Part shown: positions 1 to 8,919 of the stretch, piece by piece
Numbering within the stretch: position 1 is the stretch's first letter
Layout: the number at the start of each line of letters is the position of its first letter
NCBI GenBank assembly: GCA_016235265.1
Contig: JACRLI010000015.1
Span: forward strand, 133,335-197,334
DNA from: Candidatus Eiseniibacteriota bacterium
Lineage (GTDB): Bacteria > Eisenbacteria > RBG-16-71-46 > JACRLI01
Direction: 5' to 3'
Length of the DNA stretch: 64,000 nucleotides
Notes under the pieces: model-generated
What the model saw: only the letters and a program-made list of their open reading frames with translations
Told to the model about the DNA's origin: nothing
The model's database searches: none
Translations under genes and position numbers: made by a program

Positions 1-35
1 CCCGGCGACCCAGAGCAGGCGCAGCGCGCGCACGA

Positions 36-440
36 TCAGGCCTTCAGCCCGCCGAGGCGCTGGTCGGGATCCACCAGGCCCAGGATGCGCACGCCGAAAT
101 TCTCGTCCACCACCACCACTTCCCCGCGGGCCACCAGCTTGCCGTTCACCAGCACGTCCACCGGGTCCCCGGCCGCCTTGTCGAGGCGGATCACGGAGCC
201 CAGTCCCAGCTCCAGGATGCTCTTGATGGGCATCTGGGCGTGACCCAGCTCCACCGAGAGCGGCAGTTCCACGTCCAGCAACAGGTCGATGCTGCGCGGC
301 GCGACCTGGCCGGGGTCCGGCGCCAGTTCCGGCAGCGCCACGGCCTGGGCCACCGCGGGGGTGTCCCCCCCGCCGAAGTCCCCGGCCGGCGCGTCCATCG
401 GCTCCTGCACGGAGTCGGAGGTCTCGAATGCTTCACTCAT
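36..440 (-). CDS. fliN: Flagellar motor switch protein FliN (SpoA domain)
   Basis: 134 aa; C-terminal motif VLVNGKLVARGEVVVVDENFGVRI is the FliN/SpoA signature; immediately follows fliM on the same strand. Confidence 0.9.
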   Translation of the reverse strand: MSEAFETSDSVQEPMDAPAGDFGGGDTPAVAQAVALPELAPDPGQVAPRSIDLLLDVELPLSVELGHAQMPIKSILELGLGSVIRLDKAAGDPVDVLVNGKLVARGEVVVVDENFGVRILGLVDPDQRLGGLKA

Positions 441-450
441 GGCTTGCTCC

Positions 451-1425
451 TCACGGTTCGAGGGAGATCACTTCCAGCGCGCGGTGACGGCCCACGCGGC
501 CCAGTCGCACCGAGCCCTTGGGCTGGCCCGAGATGCACAGCGGCAGGGTGCCCCGCGGCGTGCTGTCCAGCCGCACCACGTCGCCCACGCGCAGGTCGAG
601 CAGCTCCCCGATGCGGATCCGGGCGTGGCCCAGCACCCCGGCCACGTCCAGCGAGGTGGGTTCGATGCCGTCGCGCCACAGCTCCCCGGGGATCGGCGTG
701 GGCCGGCGCACCCGCTGGCCCGGGCTTCCGGCGGCGCCGGCCTTGCTGAGCGGCTCCTCGATGTCGCGGTGCTGGAAGCACAGGCTGGCGAACCCGGATG
801 CCTTGGGCAGCTGGATCTCGAAAGACACGAACAGCACCATGTCGCCGGCCGCGCCGGCGCTCACGAACTGCGGGTTGCTCTCGAACACGTCGATCTCGGG
901 CTGCAGCGCCACCACCGGTTTCCACGATTCCACCAGGTCGGGCAGCGCGCGCCGCACGATCTTCTGGATCACCGTCTGTTCCAGCGTGGTGAGGTGCTTG
1001 CCCTCCGAGCCCAGCAGCCCGGGACCGCCGAAGAGCCGGTCGATCATGGCCAGCAGCAGGCTCTGGTTGATCTCGAGGACCATGCCGCCCTCGAAGGGCG
1101 GGGTGCTCAGCACGGTGAGCCCGGTGGGGTTGGGCAGCGCCTGCTGGTACTCGGCGTACGTCACCCCGCTCACGGACACCAGCGAGACCTCCACCACGCA
1201 GCGCAGGTAGGCCGACAGCGAGTTGGCCAGCATGCGCGCGAAGGACTCGTGGATGCTCGTGAGGGTCCGGATCTCCTCCTTGGTGAGCCGGCTCGGCCGG
1301 CGGAAGTCGTAGGTGGTGATGTTCTGCGCCGGCATCCCGGGATCGCCGGGGGACGCCTCGAGGTCGCCGGTGGATACGGCGCTCATCAGGGCATCGATTT
1401 CTTCCTGGCTCAGAATGCCGGCCAT
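451..1425 (-). CDS. fliM: Flagellar motor switch protein FliM
   Basis: 324 aa; N-terminal MAGILSQEEIDALM (CheY-P binding peptide), FliM middle domain; sits in fliL-fliM-fliN order. Confidence 0.92.
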   Translation of the reverse strand: MAGILSQEEIDALMSAVSTGDLEASPGDPGMPAQNITTYDFRRPSRLTKEEIRTLTSIHESFARMLANSLSAYLRCVVEVSLVSVSGVTYAEYQQALPNPTGLTVLSTPPFEGGMVLEINQSLLLAMIDRLFGGPGLLGSEGKHLTTLEQTVIQKIVRRALPDLVESWKPVVALQPEIDVFESNPQFVSAGAAGDMVLFVSFEIQLPKASGFASLCFQHRDIEEPLSKAGAAGSPGQRVRRPTPIPGELWRDGIEPTSLDVAGVLGHARIRIGELLDLRVGDVVRLDSTPRGTLPLCISGQPKGSVRLGRVGRHRALEVISLEP

Positions 1426-1452
1426 CGGATTCCCCTGTCGGGCCGCGGGCGC

Positions 1453-2058
1453 CTACTGGCCCACGAACTCCGTGAAGTAGAGGTTGCGCACCGCGATGTC
1501 CTTCATCTTCTCGGACATCTTCGCCTTGATCACGTCGCGGATGCGCTGGCGTCCCTCGGGCGTGTTCAGCTCCGCCACGGTGCACTTGCCGAACTCGGTG
1601 ATCATCAGGTCGCGGAGCACTGCGTCGCGCGCCCCCAGCTCCTCCACTTCCTTCTCGCTGGCGACCTCGAAGGCCAGCCCGACCTTGATGTAGTGGATCT
1701 CGTCCTTGTCGGCCGAGTTGATGACCATGTCCTTCAGCTGGAACATCGGGCCCATGGCGGCCTCGACGGCCTTCTCGGGCTTCTTCTTCGCGCTCGCCTC
1801 GGCGCTCTTCGCCTTCGGCAGCACCACCATGTAGATGATCGCCAGCGAGGCGCCCACGATCACCACCAGGCCGCCCACGAGCCCCAGGATCAGGAACAGC
1901 GGGCCGCCTTTCTTCGCCGGGGCCCCCTTGACCTTGGCCTTGGGGTCCTTGGAATCCTTCGCGTCCTTCGCGCCCTTGGGATCCTTGGCGTCCTTGGGAT
2001 CCTTGGCGTCCTTCGCGTCCGTGGCAGGGGCCGCGGGGGCCTTGGCCTCATCGGCCAT
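1453..2058 (-). CDS. fliL: Flagellar basal-body-associated protein FliL, with N-terminal Lys/Asp repeat
   Basis: 201 aa; single TM helix (LFLILGLVGGLVVIVGASLAIIYMVV) followed by a FliL domain; position between motB and fliM. Confidence 0.85.
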   Translation of the reverse strand: MADEAKAPAAPATDAKDAKDPKDAKDPKGAKDAKDSKDPKAKVKGAPAKKGGPLFLILGLVGGLVVIVGASLAIIYMVVLPKAKSAEASAKKKPEKAVEAAMGPMFQLKDMVINSADKDEIHYIKVGLAFEVASEKEVEELGARDAVLRDLMITEFGKCTVAELNTPEGRQRIRDVIKAKMSEKMKDIAVRNLYFTEFVGQ

Positions 2059-2806
2059 CGTCGCCTCCTGTCGTGGTGGGCGGTGAGACCTCCGCCGGGG
2101 GCGGGGCCGGGGCCGCCAGAATCACGAAGTCCACGCGCCGGTTGCGCGCCTGGCCCTCGAAGCTGTCATTGGCCACCTCGGGCCGGTACTCGGCGTAGCC
2201 GGCCGCCGAGAGCTGTGCCGGCGACATCCGGTGGTTTTCCACCAGGTAGCGGATCACCGCGGTGGCCCGCGCCGACGAAAGCTCCCAGTTCGAGGCGAAT
2301 CGGTCGCTGTGGATGGGTACGTTGTCCGTGTGACCCTCCACCCTCACTTCGTTCGGGTACCGCGCGAGCAGCGTGGCCAGCGTGTCCAGGATGGCCCGCG
2401 CGCCCGGCTGGATCTCCGCCTTCCCCGACTCGAACAGCACCTTGTCGGAGAGCGACAGCACCACGCCCCGGGCGTCCTGCTTGATGCGCAGCTTTCCGGA
2501 GAGGGCCTCGGACTTGAGGTCTGCCTCCATCTTTCCCATAACGATCTTGAGATCGATGCTCTCCGACGGCACGTACGATTGGGTAGGAGCAACGACCGTG
2601 CCCATGTCCCCCTTCAGGAGCAACCCGCCGCCCGAGAGGATCTTGTGCAGCGCCGTGCTGACCGCCCCGAACTTCTTCGCGTCCACCTTCGACATCGAGT
2701 ACATGACGATGAAAAAGGCAAGCAGGAGCGTAATCAGGTCGGCGTAGGTCAGCAGCCAGCGCTCGGAGTTCTCGTGCTCCTCGTGGGACTGGCGGCGCCG
2801 GCTCAT
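2048..2806 (-). CDS. motB: Flagellar motor stator protein MotB (OmpA-like peptidoglycan-binding)
   Basis: 252 aa; N-terminal TM with LLTYADLITLLLAFFIVM motif; C-terminal OmpA domain (NRRVDFVI); 4-nt overlap with motA. Confidence 0.92.
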   Translation of the reverse strand: MSRRRQSHEEHENSERWLLTYADLITLLLAFFIVMYSMSKVDAKKFGAVSTALHKILSGGGLLLKGDMGTVVAPTQSYVPSESIDLKIVMGKMEADLKSEALSGKLRIKQDARGVVLSLSDKVLFESGKAEIQPGARAILDTLATLLARYPNEVRVEGHTDNVPIHSDRFASNWELSSARATAVIRYLVENHRMSPAQLSAAGYAEYRPEVANDSFEGQARNRRVDFVILAAPAPPPAEVSPPTTTGGDDGR

Positions 2807-3579
2807 GCGGCCTTCTTCTGGGGCTCGGTCCGGGCCTTGGGCTCCAGGAAGCTCAGCAGCTTGGTCCGGATGACGCGCGGATTTTCACCGCTCTGGATGG
2901 AAATTACCCCCTCCATGGCCAGTTCCAGGAACAGCTGCTCCTCCTCGTGCCTGACTTTCAACTTATCGCCGATCGGCAGGTAGAACAGGTTGGCCATGCC
3001 CACGCCCCACAGCGTGGCGATGAAGGCGCCGGCGATGGACTCGGCCATCTTGCTCGCGTCGCTGGTGTTGCCCAGGGTGTGGATCAGGCCCAGCACCGTC
3101 CCGATGATGCCCAGGGTCGGCGAGAACCCGCCCAGCTTCCCGAACAGCGTCGCGCCCTCCTTGTGCCGCACCGAGATGAACGCCATCTCCGTTTCCAGGA
3201 TGTTGCGCACCACCGCCGGGTCGGTGCCGTCCACCACCAGTTCCACGGCCTTCTTGAGGAAGGGGTCCTTGATCTTCTTGGCCTCGGACTCCAGGGGCAG
3301 CAACCCGTCGCGGCGGGCCTTCTCGGCCAGCGTCACGATGGTGTTGATCAGCTCCCCCGGGCTCCGCTCGCTGGAGAACATCGCGATCTTCAGGTACGTG
3401 GGCAGGGCCAGCACGGTCTTGAGCGAGGTGGTCATGGTGGACGCCCCGATGGTGCCGCCGATCACCAGCAGCATCGCCGGGATCTGGAGCACCGCGGCGA
3501 CCTCGCCGCCCTCCATGAGGTAGGAGACCAGGATCGAGCCCAGCGCCAGGACGAGTCCGCCGACGGTCGCGAGATCCAT
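2803..3579 (-). CDS. motA: Flagellar motor stator protein MotA
   Basis: 258 aa; four TM segments and MotA/TolQ/ExbB proton-channel motifs (GTVLGLIHTLGN...ATLWGV). Confidence 0.92.
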   Translation of the reverse strand: MDLATVGGLVLALGSILVSYLMEGGEVAAVLQIPAMLLVIGGTIGASTMTTSLKTVLALPTYLKIAMFSSERSPGELINTIVTLAEKARRDGLLPLESEAKKIKDPFLKKAVELVVDGTDPAVVRNILETEMAFISVRHKEGATLFGKLGGFSPTLGIIGTVLGLIHTLGNTSDASKMAESIAGAFIATLWGVGMANLFYLPIGDKLKVRHEEEQLFLELAMEGVISIQSGENPRVIRTKLLSFLEPKARTEPQKKAA

Positions 3580-3582
3580 GAC

Positions 3583-3909
3583 CTAGCGCTCCTCTCCGGA
3601 CCGCGGGGCCGTCGCCCACGGGCCGGGGATGGGCCCCGCCTGCGCGAGCGGCGCGTCCTGCGCCTCGTCCACTTCCTCCCGCCCCGACTCCTCCTCCTCC
3701 TGCCACGACCCCTCCACGACGTAGGGGGCCGCCATCAGGCGTCGGCGAAACTCGATCACCCGGGCCACCACCTCGTCCACCGGCTCGAGCACGTTCATCT
3801 TGTGCCCGGAGATCAGGGTGATGGTGGTGTCCGGCGTGCTTTCGAGCGTCTCGATCAGGTCGGCGTTGAGCACGCAATCCACGCCGTTGAGCTTGGTGAG
3901 ATGAATCAT
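3583..3909 (-). CDS. flbD: Flagellar protein FlbD with acidic C-terminal tail
   Basis: 108 aa; N-terminal 70 aa MIHLTKLNG...IETLES...ISGHKMNVLEPVDEVVARVIEF match the FlbD family; spirochete/Firmicute-type position between flgE and motA; GGAGG RBS. Confidence 0.8.
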   Translation of the reverse strand: MIHLTKLNGVDCVLNADLIETLESTPDTTITLISGHKMNVLEPVDEVVARVIEFRRRLMAAPYVVEGSWQEEEESGREEVDEAQDAPLAQAGPIPGPWATAPRSGEER

Positions 3910-3922
3910 GGTCCTCCGTGAC

Positions 3923-3946
3923 GGGCGGCCCGTCCCCGGGCCGCCC
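3923..3946 (-). other. Perfect 10-bp GC stem-loop (GGGCGGCCCG-tccc-CGGGCCGCCC) between flgE stop and flbD RBS
   Basis: Palindrome read directly from the sequence; no U tract follows it, so it is more likely an mRNA processing/stability element than a terminator. Confidence 0.5.
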
Positions 3947-3960
3947 CGCCAGGCCGCCGG

Positions 3961-5226
3961 CTAGCGCTTGATGTTGACGACTTCGCTCAGCAGCTCGTCG
4001 CCGGTGGTGATCATCCGGGCGTTGGCCTGGAACCCGCGCTGCGCGGTGATCAGGTCGGTGAACTCGGACGCCAGGTCCACGTTGGAGCCTTCCAGCGCGC
4101 CGGCGGAGATGCTGCCGAACGAGCCGGAGCCCGCCGAGCCCACCACCGCGCGGCCGGAGTTGAGCGACTCTTCCCACGAGTTGCCGTTGCCCTTGGTCAG
4201 CCCGGCGTCGTTGATGAAGCGGGCCAGCGCCACCTGGGCCAGCGTGCGCGTGACGCCGTTGGAGAAGCTGCCCACCACGTGACCCTGGCTGTCGATCGAG
4301 GTGCGCACCAGGTTGCCGGCGCTGTAGCCGTCCTGGCTGAACACGAACGCGGTGGTGTCGCCGGCGCTCGAGGTCATGGTGCCGAACGGGTTGTAGGCCG
4401 GCGACGTGGTGGTCGCCAGCTTGACCACGATGTCGGCCGCCCCGTTCGCCGGGCTGGGGGCGAGCGTGAGGTCGGTCACCGAGCTGGTGTTGAGCGTGCC
4501 GTCGGTGTTGAAGGTCAGCGCGCCGGCGCCGCCGGTGGCGGTGTAGCCCGTCGGCGGGGTCGGGATGGTCACGTTCCACACCAGCGGGCTGGTGGCATCC
4601 TTGGTCAGGCGCAGCGTCAGCGAGTGCTTGTTGCCGCGCGAGTCGTACACGGTGGTGGTGACGTCCACGTTGGTTCCCGCCGCCGCGCCGGCGTCCAGGT
4701 TGCCGTGGACTTCCATCTGCGTGGTCGGCTTGGCGGAGGCGGTGGCGTCGGTGGAGATGCGCAGGTCGGACAGCGCGGTGCCCGGCGCGATGGTGCCGGC
4801 GGCGTCGGCCATGTAGCCCTGCACCACCTTGCCGGTGCCCGGATCCACCAGGCGGCCCTGGGCGTCGAAGCTGAACGCGCCGGCGCGGGTGTACTGCTGC
4901 CCGCCGCCGCTGCCCAGGATGAAGAAGCCGTCGCCCTGGATGGCCAGGTCGGTGCCCAGGCCGGTGTTCTCCAGCGTGCCCTGGCCGAAGAAGTTGTCGA
5001 TGCCGGCCACGCCGGTGCCCATCCCGATCTGCATCGGGTTGGTGCCGCCCTGGGTGCCGCTGCCCGGCGAGGCCGCCTGCAGCAGCTGGGAGAACTGCTC
5101 GGCGAAGCGCGCCCGACCGGTCTTGAAGCCGATGGTGTTGATGTTGGCGATGTTGTTACCGATCACGTCCATCATGGTCTGGTGGGCCCGCAGGCCGGTG
5201 ACTCCGGAGAACATGGCTCGCAGCAT
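3961..5226 (-). CDS. flgE: Flagellar hook protein FlgE
   Basis: 421 aa from ATG at 5226, which is preceded by AAAGGAG. The ORF-track start at 5256 would place this RBS inside the gene. N-terminal MLRAMFSGVTGLRAHQTMMDVIGNNIANINTIGFK and C-terminal DLASEFTDLITAQRGFQANARMITTGDELL are flagellar rod/hook family signatures. Confidence 0.92.
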   Translation of the reverse strand: MLRAMFSGVTGLRAHQTMMDVIGNNIANINTIGFKTGRARFAEQFSQLLQAASPGSGTQGGTNPMQIGMGTGVAGIDNFFGQGTLENTGLGTDLAIQGDGFFILGSGGGQQYTRAGAFSFDAQGRLVDPGTGKVVQGYMADAAGTIAPGTALSDLRISTDATASAKPTTQMEVHGNLDAGAAAGTNVDVTTTVYDSRGNKHSLTLRLTKDATSPLVWNVTIPTPPTGYTATGGAGALTFNTDGTLNTSSVTDLTLAPSPANGAADIVVKLATTTSPAYNPFGTMTSSAGDTTAFVFSQDGYSAGNLVRTSIDSQGHVVGSFSNGVTRTLAQVALARFINDAGLTKGNGNSWEESLNSGRAVVGSAGSGSFGSISAGALEGSNVDLASEFTDLITAQRGFQANARMITTGDELLSEVVNIKR

Positions 5227-5310
5227 GGAAGTCTCCTTTGCTTTCAGGTTCCGCACCGGGCGCCGCCCCCAGGGGCGGGCCCGCGATTTGAGGTCGATTC
5301 CAACGCCCCC

Positions 5311-5994
5311 TTACTTCTTCACCGGGGCTTCCACGATCTGGGTCACGTCGGACAGGCTCACGGAGCGGTCGCCCACCAGCAGGTAGGTCTGACCGTGACT
5401 GAACTTCACCCCGGTCACGCGTCCGCGCACCAGCGTCTCCGCGGGCACCGCCGCGCCCTTGGCGTCGGTGGCGGTGACCTTGAAGGTGTACTCGCCGGCC
5501 GGGGCCGGCTGGCCGTCCGCGCCGTTGCCGTCCCAGGCCACGGTGTGCGAACCCTCGCCCATGCTGCCGGACTTCACCGTGGCCACCACCTTGCCGCTGG
5601 AGTCCACCACCTCCACCTTCACGCTGCCCGCGGCGCCGGAGAGGTTGAAGCCCAGGTCCACCTTGCCGCCGGCGGAGAGGGTGAACTGGTCGCCCCGGGC
5701 CTCCACGTCGCGGCCGATGAGCCCGGTGGTGAGCGAATTGTTCACCGACTGGTTGAGCAGAATGCTGGTGGCCATGCCGTCGTTCATGTTCTGCATCTGT
5801 TCCAGCGAAGAGAACTGCGCCAGCTGCGCCACGAACGCCTCGTTCTGGATCGGCTGCATGGGGTCCTGGTTGCGCAGCTGCGCGGTGAGCAGGAGCAGGA
5901 AGTCCTCCTTGCCCAGCGCGCTGGCGCCGCTCGCGCCCATGGTGGCGCCCAGGCTCGCGGCGGTGTTGGTGCCGTGAATCGCGTTCGTGCTCAT
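5311..5994 (-). CDS. flgD: Flagellar hook assembly/capping protein FlgD
   Basis: 227 aa from ATG at 5994 (GGGAGGTG RBS). FlgD N domain (FLLLLTAQLRNQDPMQP) plus Ig-like/FlgD Tudor C-terminal domain. The ORF-track N-terminal extension is Arg-rich junk. Confidence 0.9.
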   Translation of the reverse strand: MSTNAIHGTNTAASLGATMGASGASALGKEDFLLLLTAQLRNQDPMQPIQNEAFVAQLAQFSSLEQMQNMNDGMATSILLNQSVNNSLTTGLIGRDVEARGDQFTLSAGGKVDLGFNLSGAAGSVKVEVVDSSGKVVATVKSGSMGEGSHTVAWDGNGADGQPAPAGEYTFKVTATDAKGAAVPAETLVRGRVTGVKFSHGQTYLLVGDRSVSLSDVTQIVEAPVKK

Positions 5995-6031
5995 GACGTG
6001 CTCACCTCCCGTGCGGGCCCCGATGCCGGGG

Positions 6032-7918
6032 TCACGCGTACAAGTCCAGCCGGCCTTCGCGCGCCGCGCGGGGCGCGCCGGGTGCCGGAGCGATCTCCGT
6101 GGTCGTGGTCGCAGCCCGCGGGACTGCCGGGCGCGTGCGCGCCGGCGCCGCATCCCGGCGGCCGTGGCCCTCGAAACTCCCCCCCACTTCCACCCTGAGC
6201 GAAGTCACGCCGCGGGCGTCGGCCAGCGCGCGCTCCAATTCCGGAAGATGCTGCCGGATGGCCTCGCGGGCCTCCGGGCTGTCCGCCGCGAACTGCGCCT
6301 GCAAGTGGCCGTTCTCCATGCGCAGCCGGATCTCCACCTTGCCCAGCGATTCGGGGTGCAGCCGCACCGTGGCCTCGCTGGAACCCGGGGCGTGGAACTT
6401 GATCGCGATCTGGCTCACCAGCGTGTCCACGATCCGGCGCGCGGCGGGCGCGCCGGCGTGGGACTTCGACACCGGGGTCGCAGCCTCCTCGCGGGACCGG
6501 GCGCCCGGCGCGGCGGCCGTGGCGGAGTCGGCTCTCACCGCGGTCACCGCGTCGGCGGATCCACTCGAAACCGTGGTCGCAACATCCTGTGTCTTCATCA
6601 GTTGAGCGCGAGGCTCCGCTCCCGCCGGTGTCGTGCTGGCCGCGGGCTCGGAGGCGCCGGAACGGGGGTTTCCGCCCTCCTGCGTCAAAGCCTGTTCCCC
6701 TCCTCCCTGGCGCTGGGCCTCCACCACCGGGTGGGCGGGAGTGCCCGCGCCCCGGGCGGACTCGTGCGCCTGTGCACCGCGCGGGCCCGACGCCTCCGGG
6801 GCGGCGGACGCGGCAGCCTGTGGCGCGCCCGCGGCGGCTTCCGGCGCGGACGCGGCGCGGACGCCCCGCGGACCGGCTTCGCCGGCGCGGGCCGGGGCGT
6901 CGGCATTCGCCGTGCCTGCGGCATTCGGTTCCTGGTTCGGACGGGCGGCCTCCGGCTGCGCCTCGGGCGCGCCCGGGGCGTTGCCCTTCGCGTCCTGCGG
7001 CGTCACCGGCAGCGTGCCCGGCACACCTGCGCCGCTGGCGTTCGAGCGCGACGAAGTCGCCGGGGCCGAAGCTCCGGCGTCCTGGCCCGGCGCCGCGGCC
7101 GCGGTGTCCCCGGGCTGCGCCCCCGCGGCTTCCGCCTCCGCCTCTGCGCCTGCCCGGACCTGCGCCGCAACCGCGGTTGCCTGGCCCCAATCCGACTTCG
7201 ATGGCCCGGTCACCACCACGCGCGCGGCGGCCCCCAGCAGTTCCTTCAGGATCGCCCCCGCGGGGTCCCCGGCGTCTCCGTCCGGGCCGACGGCCGCGGG
7301 CAGGCCGGACCCGGCGGGCGCCGACGGGGTGCCCGTCGCGGCGGATGATTCGGGCTGCGGCGTCGTGCCCGGCGCGCCGGGGGACGCGCTCGCCGCACCC
7401 GGTCCGCCTTGCGGCGCGGCCGACTGCGGCTGCGGCACGCGGGCGGGTTCCCCACCGCCCGTCCCGTCCACTCCGACCTTCGATGCGCGCGGCGCAGTCC
7501 GTGCCCCGTCGGGGCCGGGGGTGCCGCCGGTCGCGCCGATCGGGGCGGCGCGCTCCGTCCGTGCGTCCTCGTCCCCCGCGGGCCGGTCCTCGCCGTCCGC
7601 ACCGCGGGCCGGGCGCGCCGGGGTGCTGACGTCGCGGGAATCGCGGGGCGCTGCGGCGTGTGCGGCGCGGGGCGCGTCGGTGTCGTCCCTCCGCCCGGTG
7701 CGCGGCGACGGGGTCGGCGCGCAGTCGCGGCGCGGGTCCGCGGCGCGGGCGCGGTCCCGCCCGCCCGGGGGCGCCGCCTGCGGGCGCGCGGCCAGGTCGA
7801 GCAGCGCCGCGAATGCAGCGCCCGGCCCGGCCTGCGGCGGGGCCGCGGGCCGGGGCTCGAACGGGTCGGTGCGCCGTGCCGCGGGGCGCGGGCGCGGAGA
7901 CTGGACGGATTCGCTCAC
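6032..7918 (-). CDS. fliK: Flagellar hook-length control protein FliK (Pro/Ala-rich)
   Basis: C-terminal FliK domain (VRLHPESLGKVEIRLRMENGHLQAQFAADSPEAREAIRQHLPELERALADAG); long low-complexity Pro/Ala N-region typical of FliK; GTG start overlaps the ylxF-like stop (GTGA). The rest of the 1102-aa ORF upstream is a shadow frame. Confidence 0.7.
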   Translation of the reverse strand: MSESVQSPRPRPAARRTDPFEPRPAAPPQAGPGAAFAALLDLAARPQAAPPGGRDRARAADPRRDCAPTPSPRTGRRDDTDAPRAAHAAAPRDSRDVSTPARPARGADGEDRPAGDEDARTERAAPIGATGGTPGPDGARTAPRASKVGVDGTGGGEPARVPQPQSAAPQGGPGAASASPGAPGTTPQPESSAATGTPSAPAGSGLPAAVGPDGDAGDPAGAILKELLGAAARVVVTGPSKSDWGQATAVAAQVRAGAEAEAEAAGAQPGDTAAAAPGQDAGASAPATSSRSNASGAGVPGTLPVTPQDAKGNAPGAPEAQPEAARPNQEPNAAGTANADAPARAGEAGPRGVRAASAPEAAAGAPQAAASAAPEASGPRGAQAHESARGAGTPAHPVVEAQRQGGGEQALTQEGGNPRSGASEPAASTTPAGAEPRAQLMKTQDVATTVSSGSADAVTAVRADSATAAAPGARSREEAATPVSKSHAGAPAARRIVDTLVSQIAIKFHAPGSSEATVRLHPESLGKVEIRLRMENGHLQAQFAADSPEAREAIRQHLPELERALADARGVTSLRVEVGGSFEGHGRRDAAPARTRPAVPRAATTTTEIAPAPGAPRAAREGRLDLYA

Positions 7919-8460
7919 GGGCGGCTGCCCTCCGGACCGGTCATGCCGGCCCACATCTGGGTGATGCGCACCGAGCGCTCCGGCCCGAACGCCTCCAGCA
8001 GGCGCGCGGCCTGCGGGGCCTTGAGCTGGCGCACGATGGCCATGGCGGTGACGTCGTCGAGCTGGCGCAGGATGCGCGCGGCGTCCTCGGCCTTCATCTC
8101 CGCGTAGATCTTCGCCAGCGCCTTGTCCTGGGCCTGCTGCTCCGGGGTGCGGGCCGCGGGCACGGCCTTGGCGACGGCGTCGCGCCGCGCGGCGTCGGCG
8201 TCCGGCTCCCCGGCGCCCGGCGCGGGGGCGGCAGCCACGGCGGCAGTCGGGACCGGCGCGGCGGCGGCGCTCTCCGCGGGCGCGGCGGCCCCGCCGGGTG
8301 CGGCAGGCGGCTCCGCCGGCGCCTTCGCCGGCGCGGTGCGCGACTGCGCCAGGCGCTGCTTCACCAGCGGCAGCAGGTGCTGCTGGGCCACACCGGTGGC
8401 GAACAGCAGCCCGGTGAAGATCCCCAGGAACGCGACCAGGAATATGGCGACCCACTTCAT
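7915..8460 (-). CDS. ylxF: YlxF/MotE-like flagellar protein (N-terminal TM plus MgtE_N-like domain)
   Basis: 181 aa; TM helix (WVAIFLVAFLGIFTGLLFA), Ala/Pro linker, C-terminal KIYAEMKAEDAARILRQLDDVTAMAIVRQLKAPQAARLLEAF resembling the MgtE_N domain of B. subtilis YlxF; conserved position between fliJ and fliK. Confidence 0.65.
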   Translation of the reverse strand: MKWVAIFLVAFLGIFTGLLFATGVAQQHLLPLVKQRLAQSRTAPAKAPAEPPAAPGGAAAPAESAAAAPVPTAAVAAAPAPGAGEPDADAARRDAVAKAVPAARTPEQQAQDKALAKIYAEMKAEDAARILRQLDDVTAMAIVRQLKAPQAARLLEAFGPERSVRITQMWAGMTGPEGSRP

Positions 8461-8466
8461 GGCGTC

Positions 8467-8913
8467 CTACACCCTCTCCAGGGACATCCGGCGCGCGTAG
8501 CGGCCGGCGTTCCTGTCGTTCAGCTCCCGCTCCTCGGCCCGGACCGTGTCCAGCCGGACCTCCTCGGCGATTCTCTCCTTGAGCCTCTCCAGCACCCGCA
8601 GCTGCTGGCGGGCCGCGGCCACCGCGTCCCGGGCCAGGGTCTCGGCCTGGTGCGCCCCCCGGAGCCGCGTCGCGGCCGCCCCACGGGCCTGCCGGTGTGC
8701 GTCGGCCAGGTCGCTCCAGGTGCGCACCGCCGCCGGATCCGAAATCTCCGCGCGCAGCGCCTGCAACGTGCGGTTTTCCTCGAGCTGCAGCCGCGCCACC
8801 TCCCGCTCCACCGCGGCGCGCGCCCCCACGGCCCGCGCCAGCGCCATCTGGCGGTCCTTCAGGGCCCGCGCCCGGAGGCGCTCCAGGCCGTGCAGCCGGT
8901 AGCGGCGGGTCAT
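8467..8913 (-). CDS. fliJ: Flagellar export chaperone FliJ
   Basis: 148 aa coiled-coil protein; position directly after fliI; FliJ-like heptad-rich sequence. Confidence 0.8.
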   Translation of the reverse strand: MTRRYRLHGLERLRARALKDRQMALARAVGARAAVEREVARLQLEENRTLQALRAEISDPAAVRTWSDLADAHRQARGAAATRLRGAHQAETLARDAVAAARQQLRVLERLKERIAEEVRLDTVRAEERELNDRNAGRYARRMSLERV

Positions 8914-8919
8914 GGCGGC

